Shown piece by piece: positions 1 to 8,930 of a DNA stretch of 64,000 nucleotides (position 1 is the first letter of the stretch; every line of letters begins with the position of its first letter). This DNA is from Candidatus Bathyarchaeia archaeon (GTDB lineage: Archaea > Thermoproteota > CALKCG01 > B24). Below the pieces are notes generated by a model. That model made no database searches and was not told where the DNA came from. It saw only the letters and a list, made by a program, of their open reading frames with translations. The DNA lies in assembly GCA_038870975.1 (NCBI GenBank), contig JAVZJD010000001.1, positions 1 to 64,000 on the forward strand, read 5' to 3'. Made by a program: the position numbers and the translations under genes.

Positions 1-151
1 GGTTGAGGAAATAGGTAGGAAGCTTGATGAGTTAAGAGATTTTCTTGAAGATGTTTTTCTAACCACTGAAGAGTACGTATTGCTGAAAGAGGTTGATGAG
101 ATAATCAAGAAGAAGCGTTTTAACGAGTTGAAATCTCTCGATGAAGTTTAG
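1..151 (+). CDS. Putative antitoxin, 5'-truncated by window edge
   Basis: Open frame VEEIGRKLDELRDFLEDVF...LDEV* ends TAG at 149-151; short and acidic; overlaps relE start by 11 nt. Confidence 0.6.
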   Translation, partial: VEEIGRKLDELRDFLEDVFLTTEEYVLLKEVDEIIKKKRFNELKSLDEV

Positions 152-401
152 AGTTCTCCTCCATAAAAAGGCAGATGAGTTTTTAAAGAGAATCAGCCTC
201 AAAGACAAGCAACGCATAGTTGACAAGCTCAGACAGCTGGAGGATTTTCCAGCCGTCAAACTTGACATAGTTAAAATTGCAGGCGAGGCAAACACCTTCA
301 GGCTACGCGTAGGAAAATACCGAGCACTATTCAAAGTCTACGAACAAGAAAAAATAATAGTCATCGCCAAAATAGACACCAGAAAAAAGATTTATCAATA
401 G
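141..401 (+). CDS. relE: RelE/ParE family mRNA interferase toxin
   Basis: 86 aa basic protein with FRLRVGKYRALF and DTRKKIY motifs. Confidence 0.9.
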   Translation: MKFRVLLHKKADEFLKRISLKDKQRIVDKLRQLEDFPAVKLDIVKIAGEANTFRLRVGKYRALFKVYEQEKIIVIAKIDTRKKIYQ

Positions 402-560
402 CAACCTAATTCAAAGATTCCATCATGAACGTTGGGACATAATACATCAAATTGTAAACTAACATTTTCGATTTGTTGCAGACGAAAATAAAGCAATATC
501 ATTATCTAAATCTAAAATAGAAAAAGAGGGGATTTTTGCGGGAGAATTCGCCACATCACG

Positions 561-586
561 GTGGGTTCAAATCCCACTCCCGGCGT
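561..586 (+). repeat. tRNA-Ser 3'-end fragment (att-like scar)
   Basis: GTGGGTTCAAATCCCACTCCCGGCGT matches the T-arm/acceptor end of the tRNA-Ser at 7669-7757 at 25/26 nt; no 5' half upstream. Confidence 0.7.
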
Positions 587-862
587 GACGACTTTAAAGC
601 TTAAATTTCACGGATATCGATGTAACCAAGGATGGAGACTCTGCAAAGTTGAGCATTCTGATCTATAGCTTATCAGCGATTAACACGAAAGCAAAATACT
701 TCAAAAAATAACGCTTGAACAATTCCTGAAAAACATGCAGATAGGAAGATAAAGCAATCACATTCAACGTCTTAACCTCTCGTAAATGAAAATTGGAAGT
801 TATAACAGGTTTATATCTTATGGAAAAAAGCAGAGGGGGTCTCTGAAAAAAAAGATTAATAA

Positions 863-1822
863 TTGAACGAGACCATAGATAAGTCGATGTATAATCTAAG
901 AGGCAGAATCCTGGAAAAAACCATTACTTTTGCCGCAATATCATACGTTATCGCATTCATCTTAGATGTACTTGCCACATATGGACCACTACCACTTATG
1001 CTATGGGGCTTTCTAAGGATGTGGAGCGTTACAATATCCACAGCAGTATGTTTAACGCTATTCAAAGAGAATGCTTCCTCACCAATCTGGAAGTATTTAA
1101 AGTTCTCGATTAAAACGGTTAAGCTCTATCTACTTTCACCGTTCATAGCTTACTTAGCTCTAGGAGTCTACATACCCATAGCATTATCACTTGGCTTCTT
1201 CGACTTCTCAGCATACGTAGAGTTGATAGCCGAAGAGATTGCTAAAACCTCAAGTTTAACCAAAGAACAGGCGATAAACCTAGCTACTTCTTCAGCTTTT
1301 ACTCAAATTGCTTCAGCATACTTCGCCGCGATAACCGTGAACACCATATTCGCTTTAGGTGAAGAGATCGGTTGGAGAGGCTATCTCTTTAATCTCCTCG
1401 GCTCTAAACCCACGTTTAAAACCACGCTGATAGTAGGGACTGTATGGGGTCTATGGCATGCATCAGCGACTGTTCTCCTAGGGTACAACTATCAAATTAA
1501 CAGACTGGCTGGAATAGTATTCTTCACAGTGCTTACCATACTTTTCACATACCCCCAGCTTTTGCTAACATATTGGGCTGGAGAAAACGTTCTACCAGCA
1601 TCATCCATACATGGAGCGATAAATGCACTATGGGGGTTAACAGTAATCGCAACTAGACTGCCAAAGGAATTCGGAGAAATAGTACTGGGTCTTGGCATTA
1701 CAGGCATCATTACGTGGATAATCATAGATTTAACCTTTTACATAGTAGTGAGAAAAGTGTTATCAAACCGAAACCCAAGTCAAATAGCTTTTCATCCTCT
1801 AAGCAAAAAAGAAACTGAGTAG
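863..1822 (+). CDS. CPBP/Abi (CAAX-protease-like) intramembrane metalloprotease
   Basis: EEIGWRGYL, WGLWH and HGAIN motifs; multiple TM helices. Confidence 0.9.
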   Translation: MNETIDKSMYNLRGRILEKTITFAAISYVIAFILDVLATYGPLPLMLWGFLRMWSVTISTAVCLTLFKENASSPIWKYLKFSIKTVKLYLLSPFIAYLALGVYIPIALSLGFFDFSAYVELIAEEIAKTSSLTKEQAINLATSSAFTQIASAYFAAITVNTIFALGEEIGWRGYLFNLLGSKPTFKTTLIVGTVWGLWHASATVLLGYNYQINRLAGIVFFTVLTILFTYPQLLLTYWAGENVLPASSIHGAINALWGLTVIATRLPKEFGEIVLGLGITGIITWIIIDLTFYIVVRKVLSNRNPSQIAFHPLSKKETE

Positions 1823-1865
1823 CAGAAGAATTATTGCAAAGTAGCCGATTCTATTCTCAGAAGCT

Positions 1866-2939
1866 TCAGTCTTCTCCTCCTGAACTAGGTACATCAGCAT
1901 TCTCTTTGAACACAATCCTTTCCATGACCTTTCGAGACGACTTTATTCCTCCAGCTATTGGGAAGGGTTTCTTTAGCGAGTAAACATATGGTATGGCTAT
2001 GTCGACTTTATCACTTTCTTGTACAGCTTTAATTATCTTCTTCGTCAACTCATATATTATTCTCGGTCTTTCTGTAGCAATTGTCATAAACCGTAGCCTC
2101 ATGAATACGCCGTACCAATCTGATACATCGGCACGGATATAAGGCTCTTGCCCAGTTGCTTTAATGATATCTGCCGTTACTTCTTTAGCCGCATCAAGAA
2201 GTATTCTTTCAGCCTCATCCCAATCCGAGTCAAAAGTAATCCTTAAAACAAATTCATCGAGTATATATGCTGGTCCTGTCTTCTCATCACTTTTTTCAAA
2301 CCTCTTACGGAAGAGCTTAATTAATTCCTCCTGTTCCTTAGGCGTATAGTTGATGATCAGCGTACTGAAGAGTAAAGCATTAGGTATAAGTATGGTTCTA
2401 TTCGCCGGCTCTTCGCTTCCAACACTTCCACCGACTTGGTTAAGCACGGTATAGAGTGGTGAAACAGCTATTACGTCACCTACTAAACCATACGAGGGCA
2501 GTTGTACTCGGTCACCAACGCTAAAAGGACGAATAATTGATATAAGTAGCCAGCCAGCTAACCCACTAACAGGACCCTGTAAAGACCATCCGAGGAACAT
2601 TCCCCCGAAAGCTGCAAATAATGTTCCAAGCGCTCCAAGCGAGAACCAATAACTTATGATAGCGATAACCCCAATGAGTATGAGAGCTGCTTTTACAACT
2701 CCGTTAACCATAACAACTTCCCCCTCTTTCGCTCCAGCCTTAAGCATGGCTGATTTCACTATCAGTGAAATCACTATATATGCAATGGTTAGCCCGGCTG
2801 ATAAAATAAGCACATAGATGAACCTCGTGGCGTAGCCACGTGTTAAGGCTTCGAGAGTTTCCGCACCTCCAAATAGATAGTACCATAATCCTATTACTAA
2901 GACTGTAACTATGAAAATCCAAGAAGTCTTACTATGCAT
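1866..2939 (-). CDS. mscS: Small-conductance mechanosensitive channel (MscS family)
   Basis: N-terminal TMs; RPFSVGDRV and IPNALL motifs. Confidence 0.85.
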   Translation of the reverse strand: MHSKTSWIFIVTVLVIGLWYYLFGGAETLEALTRGYATRFIYVLILSAGLTIAYIVISLIVKSAMLKAGAKEGEVVMVNGVVKAALILIGVIAIISYWFSLGALGTLFAAFGGMFLGWSLQGPVSGLAGWLLISIIRPFSVGDRVQLPSYGLVGDVIAVSPLYTVLNQVGGSVGSEEPANRTILIPNALLFSTLIINYTPKEQEELIKLFRKRFEKSDEKTGPAYILDEFVLRITFDSDWDEAERILLDAAKEVTADIIKATGQEPYIRADVSDWYGVFMRLRFMTIATERPRIIYELTKKIIKAVQESDKVDIAIPYVYSLKKPFPIAGGIKSSRKVMERIVFKENADVPSSGGED

Positions 2940-3083
2940 TTAAAACAACCTCCCAGGTAATAGTAGAACTCTCACATATTTATATGATTCTCTCTAAAAA
3001 GTACTACGGAAATAAATGGTAAGCCGACCATATTTAAACCTGAAGTCTTCTCAACCTTAGGCCTAATAGCAGTCTAAGAGTTT

Positions 3084-3713
3084 TCATGCCACCCCAAGCC
3101 ATACACCTATCTGCCCTCCAAAGTAGACTAAAATAGTGAAAAGGATGAGTCTTGTAGTGAAAGTTAGTACTAGAAAAATATCAAAACGTGCTTTCAAAAG
3201 TCCGCAGAGGAGGGATAATAACTCTACGGGTAGGACTGGAATAACTCCGAAGAATACGTAGATGATCCACCCCCATTTAGCCCACATGTTTGAGACGTCT
3301 TTAAGTTTCTCCTCACTTATCTTTTTCAAAACATATGGTCTACCAAGCTTACAAGCTAAACCGTAATTTATCACCATACCTATTGTAAATCCAGTCGTTG
3401 AGACGATGATTAATGTCAATGGATGGAGACCGAAAGAAGCGGCTACAGTTACGAGAACTGGACTCCCCAGAGGTATTACAGTACCTGCGAGTATTGTTGA
3501 AATGAAAATACCTATAATGCCGTAGCTTTTAAAGAAAGACTTCGCATTTATTAGAATCTGGTTTAAATCAAAACCTAGGGTCTTCAGTATTAAAACGATA
3601 ATTAGGCTTATAACAGTCGCAACTACTCCTAAAACAACTGATTTCCTAACCCATGGTATTCCAATGACGCTTGAAAGCTTCTTCTCAGTCTTCCTACCGT
3701 CAATTTTAGACAT
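3084..3713 (-). CDS. DedA/VTT (SNARE-associated) membrane protein
   Basis: GMVINYGLACKLGR and IPVLPVELLSLLCG pattern; hydrophobic. Confidence 0.8.
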   Translation of the reverse strand: MSKIDGRKTEKKLSSVIGIPWVRKSVVLGVVATVISLIIVLILKTLGFDLNQILINAKSFFKSYGIIGIFISTILAGTVIPLGSPVLVTVAASFGLHPLTLIIVSTTGFTIGMVINYGLACKLGRPYVLKKISEEKLKDVSNMWAKWGWIIYVFFGVIPVLPVELLSLLCGLLKARFDIFLVLTFTTRLILFTILVYFGGQIGVWLGVA

Positions 3714-3804
3714 GTAAACACCTCGGTTTATAACCGTGAGGTTTCACCGTTGATTTTGTCTTATAACATTAAAAAAGGAAGGCCGTCGATGGATTTCAAA
3801 TTAG

Positions 3805-4044
3805 TCATCCGGGTAGTCGAAGCAGGATTTGCACGATCATGAATATGGTGAAAGCTATGAGTATTGCTATCCATATCTTCCTAAACCTCTCCATGGATTT
3901 TCTCTCTTTAACGGCTTTCTCTTCACATTTGGGAGAACAGTACTTTTCATTGGGTGGGACGACTCTTCCACAGATTTCACAGTGCCTATGATCTGGAATG
4001 TCAGCTACTTCAACCTCTCTACGCTTTTTAGGTTTTTGCGCCAA
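3805..4044 (-). CDS. DUF2116-type Zn-ribbon membrane protein
   Basis: PDHRHCEICG...YCSPKC plus C-terminal TM. Confidence 0.8.
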   Translation of the reverse strand: MAQKPKKRREVEVADIPDHRHCEICGRVVPPNEKYCSPKCEEKAVKERKSMERFRKIWIAILIAFTIFMIVQILLRLPG

Positions 4045-4097
4045 GGTTACACCTAAAGTTTAATTTTTTCAAGCTCCTTTTAAATTAAACGTTAACA

Positions 4098-5015
4098 ATG
4101 GGTTTAAAAAAATTCAGCTGGTGGGGTTTTGAAGTAACAGTACCAGACAACTGGGACATAAGTATAGATAGAGGTGGTCAAAATAAGGGGTATATTCGAA
4201 TAGATGACCCTAAAGCGCCTAGAATGGAGATTTCATGGGAGCCATATAAGAAGGACAAAATCAAATCCCTTGATGAAATCTCTGAAAATATCAAGAAAGA
4301 ACTACAGAAGAAGAGTAAAGATGTTAAGTTTGTAGGTAAAGGTGGTTCTGCGAAGATTGCAAAACACACGGCGAAATACCTTCATTGGAGGATAAACGAA
4401 TTCGAAGGATACATTGTTTTCTGGTATTGTGATGAAAATTTGAAATTTTATCGTATTCAACTCTTATTTAAACGTGATGAATACTGGAGTTTTAAGAAGA
4501 CAATTCTAGATGTTTTAAAATCTTTTAAATGCCATGTTAAAAGCGACGTATATAGTTGGACTGTATTAGACTTCAATTTAAAGCTTCCCAAAGATTTTAA
4601 ACTAATCAATAGAAGCTATAAACTAGGAAACATTACGCTAGCCTTTGAATCTAAAGATTCATACGTATTCATAAACAGAATAAGCGTCGCCGATGTACTC
4701 CTCGAAGAGAAGTATGAAGGTGACCTTATGAACGTATTGGAAAGCGAGCACCTACCTAATGTTAGAACGAGGCTTAAAATACCTAAATTTAAATCCTCTA
4801 GGAGCTTTCAAGACGAGTTTCACACGGGGCTTGTAACTGGCACATCCTATAAGATCGGCCTTATAATGCCCAAAGAGTATACTGTAAAAACGAGGATATG
4901 GCTCTGCAAGAAAGCCAACAAGATATACGCTGTTACAATAGCTGTTAGAAAAAGCCAAGAGTCGGATAAATTCCGAAGAAGACTGGAAACTTTATTATCT
5001 ACGTTATGCCCTTAA
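4098..5015 (+). CDS. Hypothetical protein with two internally repeated domains
   Basis: 305 aa ORF; halves share W-x-F-x-L-P-x-W/F and W-x-C motifs. Confidence 0.6.
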   Translation: MGLKKFSWWGFEVTVPDNWDISIDRGGQNKGYIRIDDPKAPRMEISWEPYKKDKIKSLDEISENIKKELQKKSKDVKFVGKGGSAKIAKHTAKYLHWRINEFEGYIVFWYCDENLKFYRIQLLFKRDEYWSFKKTILDVLKSFKCHVKSDVYSWTVLDFNLKLPKDFKLINRSYKLGNITLAFESKDSYVFINRISVADVLLEEKYEGDLMNVLESEHLPNVRTRLKIPKFKSSRSFQDEFHTGLVTGTSYKIGLIMPKEYTVKTRIWLCKKANKIYAVTIAVRKSQESDKFRRRLETLLSTLCP

Positions 5016-5034
5016 CTATATTGAGGTCCCTCTT

Positions 5035-5466
5035 TTGAAGCTTCCAGGCGTTTTCTCTAAAATTCTAGGTAGGAAAAAGCCTGAGGAAGTGCCGAGTGTA
5101 GATAAAGACGTCGTACTAAACTTGGCGCCAATACGAAACCCAGCTATAACTTGGAGGAAGTATAAGAGCGGTGAAGTAGCCTTAATAGTGACTATTAAAA
5201 AGAAGGGTTTAATGGCGCGTATGGATAAATCTGAAAGAGAGAAAAAGATAATACTCGATAAGATAGGTTCCTACGTTTGGACTCTTTGCGATGGAGAACA
5301 TACGTTTAAAGAAATAGTCGACGCTCTCGTTGAAAATTATAAGCTACATAGGAGAGAGGCTGAAATATCTCTAGCAAAATACTTAGATACTCTCTCTAAG
5401 AAGGGCGTGATAAGCTTCATGCCTAATAAGCTCTCTCTTCTTAAGGAGGAGAAACCGGAGTCGTAA
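5035..5466 (+). CDS. PqqD-family protein
   Basis: LDKIGSYVWTLCDGEHTFKEIVDAL...YLDTLSKKGVI. Confidence 0.85.
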   Translation: MKLPGVFSKILGRKKPEEVPSVDKDVVLNLAPIRNPAITWRKYKSGEVALIVTIKKKGLMARMDKSEREKKIILDKIGSYVWTLCDGEHTFKEIVDALVENYKLHRREAEISLAKYLDTLSKKGVISFMPNKLSLLKEEKPES

Positions 5467-5531
5467 AGCTTTTAAAGCCAGCTAAAATAGCTGTAGTATC
5501 TTGACGTCTTTTAAATAATGAGTCTTTTTCT

Positions 5532-6452
5532 TCATCTAAAGATTTTAAACAGTGGGTGGTTTCTATCTATTTGAACCTGTTTAAAACGCATATTGTAGGC
5601 TACGTAGCTTGATACAACTGCACAGGCTGGATACACGTATTTAGCGTGTGAAATAGGCCCGTAGAGTATGAAATTAGCACCCATAATTATCGGTAGTATT
5701 TGCGAAGCAGCATTGCAACATTTGAATACTTCTGGCTGAAGGTCTTTCACTTTTTTCCACAGTGAAATAGCGTTAGCTGGACCACAGCCAACTGGTAAAC
5801 CTGTTTCAGCCTTGACATTATAGACGGTTTGACTCGCTAAACCTATATCTGGCATATCGAGGACGCATACATCTATAAGCATCTTTTCAGCACCGGCCTT
5901 CATAGCGGCCTCAATCAAACCTGATTTACCGTTTAACTTGGTTAGGGTTTTCAACCTTCCTCTAGGCGTAGGGTCTCTAGGATTGAATAGTTGGAGGACG
6001 ACGTTTTTTATACCAGACTCTCTTATCGTAGTGAGCTCTTCCTCCTTATAATTCACGTCTAGAGAGTTGTATATGGCTCTGCTTGATAGACCAACCTCAC
6101 CTATGTATTTGGCGGCTTGTACTCTAACGTCGGAGGTTACACCGTCTAGTAAAAACGGACTGCTAGTTTTATCCGCTACGAATTCTACGAATCTTACAAG
6201 TGCTTCAGCAGTATGTCCTACGACGTCTATAATCCTCGGAAGACCATACTCGTCGGATATTTCAGCTTCTTCGTTGAGTAGTTTTTCAGCTCTGGCTTTA
6301 TCGAATATTCCTTTAGCTTCATCTAAGACTATCTTATGACCCTTGTAGAATATGCTTCCAATCATAACTGGTGGTAGCTGACCTGGTTGACCACCTATTT
6401 TAACGCCACCTATCTCGTAAATCACCTGCTCCTTCTCAAATTTAAACATCAT
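5532..6452 (-). CDS. mtrH: Tetrahydromethanopterin S-methyltransferase subunit H family (stand-alone)
   Basis: MFKFEKEQ..IGGVKIGGQPG..P.VMIGSIFY.GHKIV; GANFILYGPI; C-terminal HPLFKIF. Confidence 0.9.
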   Translation of the reverse strand: MMFKFEKEQVIYEIGGVKIGGQPGQLPPVMIGSIFYKGHKIVLDEAKGIFDKARAEKLLNEEAEISDEYGLPRIIDVVGHTAEALVRFVEFVADKTSSPFLLDGVTSDVRVQAAKYIGEVGLSSRAIYNSLDVNYKEEELTTIRESGIKNVVLQLFNPRDPTPRGRLKTLTKLNGKSGLIEAAMKAGAEKMLIDVCVLDMPDIGLASQTVYNVKAETGLPVGCGPANAISLWKKVKDLQPEVFKCCNAASQILPIIMGANFILYGPISHAKYVYPACAVVSSYVAYNMRFKQVQIDRNHPLFKIFR

Positions 6453-6528
6453 ACTCCCTCCATCTTATGGAATGAGAATAGGTTAAATTAATATATTAAG
6501 TTGCTGTAGGATATACCTATATTAACTG

Positions 6529-6849
6529 GTGGTGAGCGAAGACATGCGTTCCTATCCTAAGGTTAGGAAGCTTCAGGGGATAGTTGAATCAATTGAACGT
6601 ACAGGTGAGAAGAAAGTTGATGAAAACGGCGTAGAATGGGAGAAGTGTATTTTCACCGTTAGACTTGTAGGGTTTTCTAAGAGGACTCCAGATGAAGTGC
6701 TTCCTGAGCATCTTAAAGATAAGCTTGTTAAACTGGTTCGGTGGGCTGCTTTCGACTGGCATTTTAAAACAGGTGTCAGAAAAACACTAGAGCCGGATGA
6801 GACGGAAGCGGTCTTAGAAGGTAGGAAAACCGAGACCGTTTACTGGTAG
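6529..6849 (+). CDS. Hypothetical protein
   Basis: 106 aa ORF, divergent from mtrH with AT-rich TATA-like spacer. Confidence 0.6.
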   Translation: MVSEDMRSYPKVRKLQGIVESIERTGEKKVDENGVEWEKCIFTVRLVGFSKRTPDEVLPEHLKDKLVKLVRWAAFDWHFKTGVRKTLEPDETEAVLEGRKTETVYW

Positions 6850-6943
6850 ATTGTAAAACCGTGAAAAGCATTAACCCTGGATAAAACTACGCAACTACGG
6901 GAAGATTTATATCTTCAATCAAAAGTTCTTCCATCTAGAGACT

Positions 6944-7417
6944 ATGAGTGCTTCAACATTCGAGAAAGTCTTTCTAAATGCTATGAGGAAAACGGTAAGT
7001 GAACTCGTAAAAAGCGATAAGGATTTTGAAGAGGCGAAGAATGAGCTTAAGAAGCTTATAAAGTCCAACCGCATCGATGCAAAGAGTATTCAACAGGTGA
7101 TGGATCAAATACCGTCTTATGTATTCGGGTCGCTTGTAACAGATATAGCTATAGGTGCTATATTTGAAGGCATTTCAAAAGAAATGAAGGTTCAGAAGAT
7201 GATAGCAGACGTCTTCGTTAAAGTTTTTGAAGAGAAGGGTGTTCAAATTCTTCTAAGCCACTGTAATATAGAAGCCGCTAAGAACATTCTCGGAGAAGAG
7301 AAAGTCGAAGAAATAGCTGAGAAAATAACGACTGAAGACGTATTTCAAATAGAAGAGTACGAGAAATTCTGCAGTAAAATCGTTAAAATCCTAGAGGAAA
7401 CACTTAAAGCTAAATAA
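6944..7417 (+). CDS. Hypothetical protein
   Basis: 157 aa helical ORF preceded by TTTATA box. Confidence 0.6.
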   Translation: MSASTFEKVFLNAMRKTVSELVKSDKDFEEAKNELKKLIKSNRIDAKSIQQVMDQIPSYVFGSLVTDIAIGAIFEGISKEMKVQKMIADVFVKVFEEKGVQILLSHCNIEAAKNILGEEKVEEIAEKITTEDVFQIEEYEKFCSKIVKILEETLKAK

Positions 7418-7668
7418 AAACCATTCAAAAGCGGTGTAGCCGACCACTCAGAAACTACAGTTTTAAGGGCAGACTTGTAGAAAAATAAAAACCTACAGGT
7501 AAATGCGATTAAAACTGTCTAAAAGGACTTTTAAGAACGACGTAGGAGTATAGCTCCTATACCGCCCAAGCCTCTCCTCATAGCCGTAAATCCAGCCCTT
7601 CCACGCCAAACTCAACCCCACGAAGCTTAGAAAGAGAGCATGGAAAGAGGTTTGACCTGATGCGCCGA

Positions 7669-7757
7669 CGCCGGGGGTGGGATTTGAACCCACGGGGGCC
7701 CGGAGGGCCCACAGGCTCTCAAGGCCTGCGCGTTTGTCCTAGCTCCGCAACCCCGGC
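7669..7757 (-). tRNA. tRNA-Ser(TGA)
   Basis: GCCGGGG/CCCCGGC acceptor stem; anticodon arm CAGGC-CTTGAGA-GCCTG; long variable arm; GGTTCAAATCC T-loop; G discriminator; no intron. Confidence 0.95.
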
Positions 7758-7897
7758 TAGTTTTTAGACTTCAGCTAATAGTTTGATGTTTCCTCTGTTA
7801 AATATTTCTTTAAGGATTGCTGTATGATGTTCGATTGAAGCCATGCTTTATACATGGTAGCTGTTTGTTTAAACCCTACGATGGTTTTCTTACGTCG

Positions 7898-8818
7898 TTA
7901 AACTCGTACGTGGTCGATTAACTCGCTTAAGCACACCTCTTTTGAGTTTTCTATGGCAGATTTTAATGAGGCCTCTAGAAAAGCGATTATTTCAATAGTT
8001 TCTTCTGGGTTTATTGGCATCCTACGGTTTTGAAACATTTCAACCACCTTCTTTAACAACTCCCTGTAAATGTACCGTGTATCTATACTGGAAGAGACTA
8101 TAGCTTTTTCGCAGAAGGCCGTGAAACCATAGTTATGTGGGCCTCTTCGCATTCCTCTGAATACCCCTATACGTTCGTCACACCATATACCAATGGCGAC
8201 GTCCCATTGGCCTTTGTGGAAGCATCTAACAGATTCGCATCCAATTCCCATGATTGCGTAGAGCATTTCTACACCGTGAATACCATAGTTAAATAGCCCA
8301 GGGTTTCTCGGATGTAAAATCGCTGGTGAGTACGTTTCAGCTCCTAGAACCTCACCTAGATCGCCTCTAGACTTTAAATCTTGAACCTCGAGAGCATATC
8401 GAAGGGATGATGATGAGAAAACTGGTGTATCATATGAATGGGCTAACTCGAAAATCTTCTTTGCATCGGCTACGCTACAAGTGAATGGTTTATCTATGAA
8501 CAATGGTATTCCCTCTTCTATGAAGGGCTTAGCGACCTCAAGATGTAGACCACCCTCCTGCTGCTCCAACATTATCGCATCAACCTTGCCGATCATTTCT
8601 TCAGCTGAATCAACGATTTCAACTCCAAACTCTTTAAGAAGTTGTATTCGTTGTGTAATCGTATCACTATCAGCAAAACTTGAAGGCCTACCTGGATAAC
8701 CCATAATCACTTTTGCATCATAAACCCAGTGTTCTTCAGATATATCTACATGGTTTAAACGCTTGGTGAATTCCACGGCATGTGAACTATCGAAGCCTAT
8801 TATTCCAACTTTTATCAA
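7898..8818 (-). CDS. Gfo/Idh/MocA family oxidoreductase
   Basis: IKVGIIG, FIDKPF and YGIHGVE motifs. Confidence 0.85.
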   Translation of the reverse strand: MIKVGIIGFDSSHAVEFTKRLNHVDISEEHWVYDAKVIMGYPGRPSSFADSDTITQRIQLLKEFGVEIVDSAEEMIGKVDAIMLEQQEGGLHLEVAKPFIEEGIPLFIDKPFTCSVADAKKIFELAHSYDTPVFSSSSLRYALEVQDLKSRGDLGEVLGAETYSPAILHPRNPGLFNYGIHGVEMLYAIMGIGCESVRCFHKGQWDVAIGIWCDERIGVFRGMRRGPHNYGFTAFCEKAIVSSSIDTRYIYRELLKKVVEMFQNRRMPINPEETIEIIAFLEASLKSAIENSKEVCLSELIDHVRV

Positions 8819-8930
8819 GGATTTTCACCGTAATAGCTGAGTCTAATCCCTACTCTAGAAAAGCATTTCGCGTCTTCTAAAGAAAGTTGGAAGAAAAGCC
8901 TTTATCCTTTCAGCATCTTAATCTTTAAGA

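Noticed and set aside
7493-7693. 66-aa ORF beginning MGSNPTPG
   Set aside because: It is translation of the tRNA-Ser T-arm and downstream spacer; no integrase motifs are recognisable.
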